In this document: positions 46,480-57,643 of the stretch, piece after piece
Layout of the letters: each line of letters opens with the position of its first letter
Numbering within the stretch: position 1 is the stretch's first letter
From: Eledone cirrhosa
Lineage: Eukaryota
Length of the DNA: 64,000 bases
Reading direction: 5' to 3'
NCBI GenBank assembly: GCA_964016885.1
Contig: CAXHJY010001040.1
Location: forward strand, 1 to 64,000
Notes under the pieces: model-generated
The model's database searches: none
What the model was told of the DNA's origin: nothing
Seen by the model: the letters and a program-made list of their open reading frames with translations, nothing else
Program-made: the position numbers and the translations under genes

Positions 46480-48182
46480 ACAGGAGGCCTGGAAATGTTA
46501 CTATGAAAGATTGATGAATATAAGAGAATGAATGGGAGGAAGAGAAACTACCCCCAACTTACCAGCTATTGAAGTTGATAGTTTTAGGATCAAAGATGCA
46601 ATCAAGGAGATGAAAAATGGTAAAGATGCAGGACCATCATAAATAGTTACTGAGATGCTAAAAGCATCCGGAGAGGTAGGAGTCAAAATAGTAACCCATA
46701 TAATAAATCAAGTAATACATGACGGAGGCATATCCAATGACTGACACAACAGTGCAATCATAAATTGCTACAAAGACAAAGGTGATGCTTTAGAAAGGAG
46801 AAACTATACAAGAATAAAACTAATGGACCAAGTTATGAAAGTGACTGAAAGAGTTATAGTACAACTTATTAGGAAAAGAGCCAAAATAGAGGAGATACAG
46901 TTTGGTTTCATGCCTAGGAAAAGTACTACAGATGCCCTCTTTTTAGTGAGGCAACTACAAGAGAAGTTCCTAGCCAAAAATAAACCACTATATTTAGCTT
47001 TTGTTGATCTAGAGAAGGCCTTTGACAGAGTACCTCAATCTATTATCTGGTGGTCATTAAGGAAATTAGGTGTAGAAGAATGGCTTGTGAGAGCAGTGCA
47101 AGCTATGTAGAGAGGAGCTGCCAGTAAAGTGAGAGTAGGAAATGAGTTTAACGAGGCATTCAAGGTACGAGTAGGAGTTCAACAAGGTTCAATTCTTAGC
47201 CCACTGCTGTTCATCATAGTTCTTCAGGCCATAACAGAGGAGTTTAAAATGGTTTGCCAATGGGAACTTCTCTATGCAGATGATTTGGTCTTTATAGCTG
47301 AAACCAAAAAAGAGCTAGAAAATAAATTCCGACTATGGAAATTGAATTTGGAATGAAAAAGCCTGAGAGTAAACTTAGCCAAAACTAAAGTGCTAGTGAA
47401 TAGGAGAGAAGACAGGACCAAGATTACCTCAGGAAAGTGACCACGCTCAATATGCAGAAAAGGAGTAGACATAAACTCCATAGAATGTACAAAATTTAAA
47501 TCTTGGGTACACAAAAGATGTAGTGGGATAACAAGTAGACTAACAGAAAGGGAGAACTTAGCTTGTAGAAGATGCACAGGAAAAATCAAGAGGAAAACTG
47601 CTAATAATATACACCTTTTCCAGTCACAGGAAGGATCCACAGATGTGGTTGATAGCTTTTGCTATCTAAGTGACCTAATTAGCAGTGTGCCGAGAGTATA
47701 ATAGCTAGAATAAGGATAGGATTGAAAAAGTTTAGAGAACTGCTCCAACTGCTGACAACAAAAGCTTTCTCCCTATGTATAAAAAGAAGGCTGTATGATG
47801 CCTGTGTGCAGTGCACAAAGCTGCATGGTAGTGAAATCTGGGCTGCGAGAGAAAGGCAGAGCTTGGGCAAGCTGAGAGAGAAGCTGGGTTTAAAGGGAAT
47901 CCGAGATGGTGTGGAAGAGAGAAGACTGTGTCGGTATCGACATGTGATGCACATGAACAATGACCGATGGGGGAAGAAATGCCAGGAAATCCCAGTGGAA
48001 GGAAGCTGCAATAGAGGACAAACAAGAAAGACCTGAGCAGAGGTTGTGAGAGCAAATCGCTAAGGCTGGCACAGGAGATGAAGAAAAAATGTAACAAGTA
48101 GAGAGATGCAGTGCTGAGATGGAGCCATCCAACCAATGCAAGCATGGAAAAGTGGATGTAAAAATGATGATGATGATGATGA
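46480..48182 (+). mobile_element. Decayed 5'-truncated RTE LINE with (GAT)n tail
   Basis: MDQVMKVTERV, QFGFMP, AFVDLEKAFDRVP, GVQQGSILSPLLF, LYADDL, LHGSEIW. Tail GCAAGCATGGAAAAGTGGATGTAAAAATGATGATG. Confidence 0.92.
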
Positions 48183-49452
48183 AGGGATAAAAAAGATTGA
48201 CATACTTTAGACCTAGTCATTCTGAAATATGTCATTCCTTTAATTCTAGATGATTAAATGAAGCCTAGACCTTCTAGTTAGCCAGAAGATGAGTAAGTGC
48301 CAATTGGCTAGACATTCTAGTTTCTCTAAGCTAAATTTAAATGACCTGAGAGAGAGACTGCTTTATGACATCCAGTCACTTTATGGCTGGAAATAAGAGA
48401 AAACTAGAGGAACTTATTACTCTGTTGTTTAAGTTATTCTAGATATGTATCACTGACAAAACTAACATCCAATTTTAGCTCCCAACAAATCAGCAAATTA
48501 TACAGTACCATTAAAATGATACATACTCAGAACCATTCAAGTTAATGTAACCAAAACTATAAAATTGTATTAATTTTATGCATATTAGAAAAGACTACCT
48601 CAATGAGATGTGAATATTCTTGATGAATGAGTGTGATTAGAATATTCTTCAGTTGGGAGAACCCAATTTCATTCAACAAAACCTGAATATCAACTGAATG
48701 ATACATGAATTGTATACTAGGTCTAACAATATGTAACATCCAAATTGAATACGATATTCGGGAAAAAGTCACATGCTTGTTAGAATAACCCATACTCAAA
48801 ACACATGCCAACTTCTGGCTCCAATGAAGGTATATCTTCTCTGAACTTTTTTAACCTATTCATTACCATATTTCTAATGGAATACACTTTCCATGTGTTT
48901 CAAATAATTTTGAAAATAATCAAGAATTTAAAAGATTTAATAAAATATATTTTTCATTATTTATCTGTTTAAAATAAAATTTTCTCACCTAAAATTATGA
49001 TGGAAGGTTTTTATATATATATAAACTGTTTTCTTCTGTAGAACCAAAAACGGTTTCAGGTGATTTGATATCTATTGCTACAGCAATTGCTGCACCCTAA
49101 AATTCCTAAAAACTCTATTTAGATGGAGTCACTTCTTAAACTTGTTTAATGCTCATGCCTCTGCTCCACATGTTATCCTCACTAGCTCACCTTCAAATCT
49201 CACTGTTGCTACTGGTTTCTTTTTCAAAAGTGTACAATACTGGAAAAATCCCTCTAGATAGCAACAATTTAAATCAAACAGCAATTTCATCTGTTTATTT
49301 TCCTATCACTAATTTAGGAGACTTAAAAGGGCCCTACTCCCATGAAATGAACAAAGGAATGAGATTTACTAATATGATCATTGAAAGATAAGTATGAAAA
49401 TGAAAACAAAATATTAAAATAAGATGTTTAATTAATTATTATCTATACTTAC

Positions 49453-49654
49453 CAGCAGATTCTGCTGCCTTGGCAAGGATTTCGATGTTTTGTATAAGTA
49501 CAGGGTCTTCGTTAATGAAGGAATGCATAGCTTCATCAAGCTGTTCAGCTAGATCCCTACCTGTGGAATCATTTCTTCTTTCAGAATGAGGCAAGTTGGG
49601 ACTATTAAATGGAGTAGACATGTATGAAGCTGTTGAAGATGACTGGAGGACATT
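49453..49654 (-). CDS. PEX19: PEX19 coding exon: NVLQSSSTASYMSTPF...AEQLDEAMHSFINEDPVLIQNIEILAKAAESA(G)
   Basis: CTTCAG acceptor, GTAAGT donor, 202 nt (67 codons + 1). The EDPxLxxxxExLAxAA segment resembles the PEX19 central helices. Confidence 0.85.
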
Positions 49655-51077
49655 CTGAAGAAGAAATTAAAACACCACTTTATTAAGATAGAAATAAAAA
49701 AAACTTAGATTTGATTACCACAGAATACATTCATGTTTTGCTTTAACTGTGGTGAATAGACCTATACTCATAATAAAAAGATGAAATAAATAATCTGAAA
49801 AGCGATGCTACAGTAACGTAATTTTAGGTATGAACATGTTTCATATAGGTAATGTGGAGGGTGGTACCATACATTAGAATTAAGCACCAGTGAGCTGGTT
49901 GTAGCCAATTAAATACATTTATATACCTAAGATATTACAGATCGCCCAACCCGAGGCCTTTTTAACAATCATTTTCCATGAAGAGATCTTCAATCATTTG
50001 ATTTTATTAGCTAAACCTCTCAAGTAAGCACCACTTAATACTATTTGTTTTTCTCACAATTCATTGGCTGAAAATATATAACTAATTTAGAATATTTCTT
50101 CAACCAATTCTTACTATCCATCTACGCCCTGGTCCTCTTGAAGTTATTTTCAACATATACGCCATGCTGATATGACAAACACCTAACGTCTGTTTTCAAA
50201 GACATCAGTTCATCTTCCCTAAGTCTCTTTTAGATTGTGGATGTGTATATACTGATTTAGAACATATTTCAGCTTTTGCAGATCCTTTAGGTTTCACTAT
50301 TATACACAGATCAAAGGTAATCAATAATTAGAAACACTGTTGATATAATTATCTTGTTTGCAATGTCAGAATCTCTGCCTTCCATGACTTGTATATACAC
50401 TAATTGTTAAAATATCGATGCATCTTAACTGCATATCTTGTATAATTTATAACAATTTGTATCTACTAACTAAAATTTTAGACTTATATTAATATCTTTT
50501 TTTCCTCATCATTGATGATTGCAATGAATTGCCAGAGTCATTACAGCAAGGAATTAAATGACTTTGCATTCTGCGCTCAAATTTGCCTGTAATCTTTTCA
50601 GGGTCAATAAATAAAGTACCAATCCAGTGCCAATGGATTGGCAGAATTATCATTGAGTCAGTGATGATGCTTTGCAGTATCTGTTTTAGCTCTGTGCAAA
50701 TTGACTCTAAATTCCTGTAATGTTTCTGCAAGGAGTTGAAATCAGCAGATAGTATCAGCAATGGTACGATCAATGGAAAGATAATTTTTTTGCTCTGATC
50801 TGACAATCAGCTCTTTCCTGTTCTTTGGTTATTTGCAAGAGACTCACGGTAAATTTTATAAGAAATGACGAAAACAATTGGTCAGAATCAGGTTCTGTAT
50901 TGAATTAGTTGATAATAGCCAGATGCCAAAAACAAATTTGAATATCACAATCAGCAGAAATACAAATTGGATTGTAAAATCAGTGTGCAAAGAACTTATC
51001 TCTGCTGCCATTGAGAATCTATTTCTCAAAAATAAATAAATAACAAGAAATAATGCACTTTTAACATGAAAACTTAC

Positions 51078-51196
51078 TTTTAATACTTCTGAAGTTGCTG
51101 TGCCAGCGGTTGGCGCTTGAGTATCAGTAACATTATCTGCTAATGCTGAAGTAGCATAGCCAGTTTCTGTAGCTGGTTCAAAGTCTTGCAATGCAC
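51078..51196 (-). CDS. PEX19: PEX19 coding exon (first visible; probably exon 2): (x)ALQDFEPATETGYATSALADNVTDTQAPTAGTATSEVLK
   Basis: TAG acceptor at 51197-51199 and GTAAGT donor just below 51078. 119 nt, starting with 2 nt of a split codon. ALQDF resembles the conserved (S)ALDDF of the PEX3-binding N-terminal helix. Phase is compatible with the next exon. Confidence 0.8.
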
Positions 51197-51325
51197 CTAT
51201 AAATCAAATTAAAAAAAAACAAATAGAATCTAGAAATAATCACAGGAAAATATTTTATTCATAAATAAAAACATCAAAATCAACTATATATGAAAGAAAA
51301 ATTTAAGATATTTCATTAAGACTTA

Positions 51326-51425
51326 CCGTATATACTCAAATATAAGCCAATGCGAATATAAGCTGACCCCTCACTATTTTACGTCTGAGAAATAGGCAAA
51401 AATCCAAACTCCGTTTATAAGCCGT
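51326..51425. mobile_element. Terminus of a Tc2/pogo-like DNA transposon
   Basis: TA|CCGTATATACTCAAATATAAGCC...TATAAGCTGACCCC resembles TcMar-Tc2 ends (from memory). A related motif recurs at about 52088-52104. The other end was not found. Confidence 0.45.
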
Positions 51426-51521
51426 TTAGATGGCACAGTTTTGAAATTCTTATAAGTGGAGAATATAATTTATGAAGTTTAAATATTTTGATATTTAAAA
51501 TGTTTTAAGTAGTATTTAGAG

Positions 51522-51825
51522 CAGGGGTGTGCAACATATTCCATTGGCGGGCCACTTTTGAACATTGGAACAATTATTAGGGCCATTAATATTCATTAAG
51601 CACTATTCCAAAGATTCACTACAACTTCTTTCCATAACTTGTAACTGCAAAATTATAACACACATAACCCTATCAGTGAAGCCCTTTAGAATAGGTCAAC
51701 TAACAGAAAATTGTATTATGGTTATGAAAAAAATTCTAAATAAGCCTACAAGGTAAAAATTAAAAATGGTCATTGCAGTCCACTCTGACCTGGTCGGGGG
51801 GGTTGTGGCCCGTGGGCCGCCCCTG
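51522..51825. mobile_element. hAT (Charlie-like) MITE with perfect 8-bp TSD ATTTAGAG
   Basis: CAGGGG...CCCCTG termini, subterminal GCGGGCC/GGCCCG boxes, ATTTAGAG at 51514-51521 and 51826-51833. Confidence 0.88.
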
Positions 51826-51957
51826 ATTTAGAGCATAGGTTTTGTTTCACAACTCCAATATGTAAAGATTTTTTTTTTACTAATTTCCAACTGTTTTGAA
51901 GGCCATATTCATTCCAAAATTATCAAATACAAATTTCACATTAAAAGTGAAACCTTC

Positions 51958-52044
51958 AAAGTGATACTGGTGTAATATTCAAGTCTAAAGTGATACTGGT
52001 GTAATATTCACATCCAAAGTGATACTGGTGTAATAGTCACTTCC
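51958..52044. repeat. 29-bp minisatellite x3 (AAAGTGATACTGGTGTAATATTCA...)
   Basis: Direct reading. Confidence 0.9.
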
Positions 52045-52699
52045 AAAAATATTTTAGCACCTCATTTACAAAGAATTCTGAAGTTGTATATGAGCCGACC
52101 CCCACCCCACACACGCACAATGCGCCCAGAGTGAGAAATATTATTTTTTTGAAGTTTTTCCTATCGTTTATTGCAAATTTTCTGTTGAATAAGCCTTTAG
52201 AGAGAAGAAGCTAAAAAGATTGTGTCTGTAGAATTTTATGATAATCTAAAGTTAATAATTTTGCAGTTCTTTTACACAAAAATTAGTTTAACAAAAATCC
52301 ACAAAATATCTTGAAAATCATCCAAAGTGAAAAGGCCATAAAATACCAAAGCCAGTAAACCAGAGATTAAATTGGCACTTTTCTGAAAGATAATTTATTG
52401 AATTTTACCCTGCTAAGTGTAGTTTTCTAAACAAGTCTAAAAAATCAAAAAAAAAAAATCAGGTAACTCTTAGAGCAAAAATTGAATAAGTTCATTACAA
52501 CGAACAATTACATTTCTAAGAAAGTCTTTGGAAAACCAAAATTTTAAAAATTTCACATTATTCCACACTATGAAATTAATACTTTCTGGAATCCTCTGGC
52601 TATGGGGGACTTTCAAGCAAAAATTCAGTTAAAAGGACTTAAAAGCTGAAGTTTTATGCTGACTTGAATGTTCTTTGTCGGGGCTTGTAACAGATCAGT

Positions 52700-54420
52700 T
52701 CCCCGTGAAAATAATGCATACTTTTATGTTAAGCCACACTTTTGTTTGATGGCACCCAATAAAATGATACTCAAATGGGTTGAAATGTTTAATATAGATA
52801 TTTAGAGACATTTCATTATCCCAGTGTCTAATTTAGGGTAGTCAAGTGCTTTTGGCACTGTCATCAAGAACACATTGTGCTGGCCAAACACAGTTCATGT
52901 CTAAAACACTGAAATTAGAGAGGCAACTCCATCTAAAATAGTCACCATAAGATAGGGACTTGATGTTGAGCAATAATTGACATTTAGAAATAATATAGAG
53001 GATTTGCAGTAATCAATACATATGTAGGAGAACTTAGAAAAGATTACACATTTTGAAACTGAATGCATATATCAGGACAGACTGTTAAACTAATACAAAG
53101 ATAAAATGTTCTAGTGCTCTACAAGTTCAATACTCAATGTCTATGTAAAATATAATTTTGCTTTCCTCTTGCATTGAAACTGAAACATTTCTTCACAAAT
53201 GGAGCAGCTAGGGCAAGGTCTTTTTGATGAAATTTCCAGATGAGACATAAGCATCCTTTGAAAGATGTCCTGAATGTTGTCTTTGACTGAAAGCTAGGGA
53301 GATCTTGCAGCTGCCCCACTCTGGAATGACCTATTGTGTTTATTCCAACTTTCAAATGGACTTTCATTCCATTTCGTATTTGACTGCCCACCATTCAAAA
53401 AGTTCCCAGCTATAAGCACACATTTGAAGGAATGATGGAATGAAGAAGTCTCTCTCATCAAGAAATGAGTTTTTTAGGTGTAACACTAAATCTATCCCAA
53501 GTACCGTCAGTCTGTCAGACCTTATCTTCTCATTCACTGATTGTGTGACATGGTCATTGGTCACAGACAAGAATATTTCATAATTGTCCTTGTCTTCCTG
53601 GTTCAAAATGAGAAAACATATTTTTGGAGATTTTCAGACTGAAAAATCAGTCAACCAATGGTCCCGTATTGGTGTTCCCACCTATTTCATTGAGTGAGTC
53701 CAATAGCATTCCAATAGTTGACCTGATATGGTCAATGCACTGTAGCTTAGCATGCTGAATAAACTGCTATAGATTTCAAGCTTAACCCCATGTTTTTTTA
53801 ACAGCAACCAAGTGATACAAAATCTAATGATCTCAGTTTGAAGTGAAGGACTGAGAAACAATGCAAATCTGATTTTATAATGTTTTCATGGCACTGACCC
53901 TGCCTTTCACTGCTAGAATATGATATCTCATCAGCCACCAATTTTTCCTATGCTTCCTTGCAGGAAATATAATCTTTTATTATCTGGAATCCATCAGATA
54001 TTAAATGAAGTATCATTTGCATCAACTTGTGTGGGTGGCATTGCATAAATGACAATGCACCACTGTCATCTTGAAGAAAAGATACCATCTTGCCATCAAT
54101 CATTGAACACTGTTTTCCAAAGAAAGCTCAAGTTCTACAGACAGCACATCTCAATCCTCTATAGCTCATACCAATGAAACTGGACGAGCAATCACTGTTT
54201 GGAACATGGTTAGTCCAAATAACGTTATTAGCCAGCCGTAATTCTAATGAGTAATAACATGACAATATAAATGAGGTCTTTTTTGTTGGGTCCAGAATGC
54301 CATGGAGAAACACTCCTTCTCTAAGTATGCCAAATCCATCCCTGTGAAGTAATTGATAACATTTTCAAATCTAATTCATTTATTTTCTCACCTACCATAA
54401 ATTACAGCTATTAAACAATT
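52700..54420 (-). pseudogene. Possible highly decayed DNA-transposase relic (hAT-like?)
   Basis: Higher-complexity sequence with broken minus-strand ORFs (NQEDKDNYEIFL...; KDAYVSSGNFIKKTLP). The family resemblance is from memory only. Confidence 0.3.
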
Positions 54421-55779
54421 TTAGCAGCAAATTCCCCAAAAAGAAATCAAGTTATATCTTCAAAATTAGATGCTTCCTTTGAATAGTTTTAACTCCACCA
54501 GTTGCAGCTTGACAAAATGCTTCCAAGCTATTAACAACTTCTCTGTCGCGATTTTTTTTATGGAGATATGAATTTATTCTAAAATTTGGCATTCTGGGTG
54601 CACTGTGCCCCATTTTACGCTTAATTTTTTGTCACATAAGTTTGCATTATAGATCCTGAACTTTAAAATTCTTCGCTTTAATTTTAAATCCACTTTTTAT
54701 CAAAGAGAGCAGCTTTTTATATATAAATAAAATATCATTTCATGCAATTTTATCATGCAACCTAACAAACCTAGGATTTAATAGTGTTTGTTCATTGGTC
54801 TGAAGAATATATCCACTATGTGGTCTTTATAATATTCATTTTGATTTATTCTGCCATTTGTTTATTTATTTGCCTATGAATATACACAAAAGCTAGTCCC
54901 AAAATCAATTTTTTTAAATATCCAGGGTGTAAGTGTAAGTTTACGAACACAGTCTGTAAATTAATTCCATACATTCCAAACTCTCCAATAAATCACACAA
55001 AAAATAAAAAATAAATAATAGATAATAAACAAAAAAGTACAATATTAAGTCTAAACCCCACAAAAATAGCATAAATTAGAAATTATATTTTGAACTTTTA
55101 AACCTGTTGCTCTATACTTATTTTATTAATGACATGCCCCTTAAGACTGCTTCTGTATCTAATTCAATAATTATTTCTTGAAATTAGCTCTAATAATCAA
55201 CCATGCTATGGAATCGCAAGGTCTGGGAGTTAAACTGCAGTTATGGCTTCAAAAGGAACTCTTTGGAATTCTATCACATGCACAATTTCTTGTAATATAC
55301 CAATAATATATCAATACTTTATTGATCTACTCAAAAGTTGTATGCCCATAATCTCTTTTCATGTCTAACATTTGAAAGAAATAGCTATTAAGAGACCATC
55401 CTGACCCATTTTAATGACCTACAACTGCTTAAAGTTAAAAATATATAATTTTTTGAATCAACAAATTTGATAGCTTCTAAAAGTTATAAATGCCATAAAA
55501 ACTAATAAAACTAGTCAGATTTTGTTAATTTGGTGTGTACAAGAAACCCTAATGTTTGAATATAAGAACAAGATAAATAGATGAACCTCAGCAGCTGTGA
55601 TTTTACTAGCTTTGGTTAAAATATGCTTAAAACTGATGTACTTAAAAAGTCAATAACTGGGGTAACAGAAAGCAAACACAGAGCATGTAAAAGAAATTAT
55701 AAAATTCCTCCAAATCAAAATAACTGAAACAGTTAAAATTATTACTTGAGCTTTGAATTAATCAACAGAAAAATAGTAA

Positions 55780-56314
55780 TCATAATTATAATAAAGGGAG
55801 AAGTGCGGGACTGCGTCCCGAATATATTTTATTATCCCATTAGTAAAATAAGTTAGATTACTTTGAATAAATAATGAATGAATATTACATAATTTATCTA
55901 CTAAATTTCAAAGCTGTTGATTAAACATAAATATTCTTATATATAATGATTGCTTATTTTAAGATTCAGTTTTTAAAATTTTCAAATGTCTACACTTCTG
56001 GTTAGTGTTCGTTATATCATAACACTTATTACATTGCTTATATAAACATCCATATATTTGCATCGTTATATAAGGTTTCATTACATTTCACCATAATGCA
56101 GTTTATATATAATATCGTCTTTTTTAAATGTATCATGGATTACTTTACTGATTACAGAAGAGAGTGTAACACAGTCTCTCTTCAATTTCTGTGCATATTA
56201 TCAATTATGATTTTATTTGACATATATCTACATGCATGTATATTTGCATATAATATAAATATGCACACTACACATGCTAGCAGAAAACCACTCTAAGGGT
56301 GGTTTTTCTGCTAG
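55780..56314 (+). mobile_element. Non-autonomous Helitron-like element
   Basis: A|TC...ATAATAAAG tentative 5' start. The 3' end CTAGCAGAAAACCACTCTAAGGGTGGTTTTTCTGCTAG|T is a hairpin ending in CTAG, closely related to that at 57607-57643. Confidence 0.55.
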
Positions 56315-56901
56315 TTTAACTATAAGGATTACTATAAAATAGTTCTTTACCTAATTTACAGCCAATCTACGATGGCTGTGACAGGCTCTCTACCTACAAC
56401 CTTGTCACTCTGGGAACTGCCACCCATAACACAGAGGAGAGGAAAATAGCTATATTCCAGGACATGACCAGCTGCTTCCTTTTCGTGCTGGTATCCCCAG
56501 TCTCGGAACTGCCATTTTCCACTACAAAATTCCCTTTTAATTTTTTTTTTATTACAAACAGTATAATTTCATTGAAATTTGTTGAATAAAGATTTTCTTT
56601 TCTACTACTTAAATGTTATTTTCATTGATGGAATCTTTTGTTACACTGTTCCATTTAATTCAAATTCTCCAGCTGTAAAAAATATTTTTAAGATAAAAAA
56701 AAATTCTAAATGTTTGTAAAATGTATCCTAAAATACTTAAATATTCAGAGTGAAATTTCTTTTTTTAGATTTTATTAAAAAATTTCTTCAGAAACCATAG
56801 GATATAAATACTGAAAACAGGTAAAGCATTTTCTATGCCGAAAGAAAGAAATATTTATCAAGTAATTTCCTATGTTATGAAAAATTCTAGATGTTTTCTT
56901 T

Positions 56902-56935
<34 letters not shown>

Positions 56936-57152
56936 AAAAATATTTTCAAAATATTTATATCAACAAAAAAAAAAAAAAGTTATAAAAATAACCAATTTCG
57001 ATATTCGATATTCTTGATAGAAAAATTCACTCAAATTGTAAGCAAAACAACAACAAAAAAAGAATTAAATCCATAAACAAAAATTAAATACGTTTCCCAA
57101 TATTTTGAAACAATGCATAAAAGCTATAATACAATCTAGTTGGTGACAAATA

Positions 57153-57471
57153 TCTCCTTATAATATATAACCAGCAATTTCTCTGTCTGTCTGTCCGTGG
57201 AAACACGTGTGCGTGTGCGAATGTTTTTTGCGCACGCGTAGAGAGAGAGTGAAAGAAAGAGACAGACTACGAGAGGGGGATAGCGGGAGGGAGAGAGAGA
57301 GAGTGAATAGACGCTAAAACACGTGCGCGCGTGCGAATGTTTTTTGCGCACGCGTAGAGAGAGAGTGAGAGTGAAAGAAAGAGACAGACTACAAGAGGGG
57401 GATAGCGGGAGGGAGAGAGGGGGGAATTGAGGAGTGCTACAGAAACATATATACATTTCTGTGTGTGTGTA

Positions 57472-57502
<31 letters not shown>

Positions 57503-57643
57503 GAAATATATATACATTTCTGTGTGTGTAATATATATATATATATATATATATACACGCACACAGAAATATATATACATTTCTGTGTGTGTAATATATA
57601 TATATACTAGCAGAAAACCGCCCGATGGGCTGTTTTCTGCTAG
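57153..57643 (+). mobile_element. Non-autonomous Helitron with internal repeats
   Basis: A|TCTCCTTATAATATATAA...(CTGT)n 5' end; internal ~120-bp duplication and three ~62-bp units; 3' hairpin ending in CTAG. Confidence 0.7.

Noticed and set aside
51321-51330. GTAAGT donor-like site on minus just upstream of the 51196 exon
   Set aside because: It coincides with the TA|CCGTATATAC transposon terminus and has no PEX19-like reading frame upstream.
51958-52044. Three 29-bp repeats that superficially resemble a CRISPR array
   Set aside because: The units are contiguous with no unique spacers, the context is eukaryotic and there are no cas genes. This is a minisatellite.
53885-53940. CTGATGA...GAAAG on the minus strand as a hammerhead
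   Set aside because: Stems I, II and III cannot be formed convincingly.
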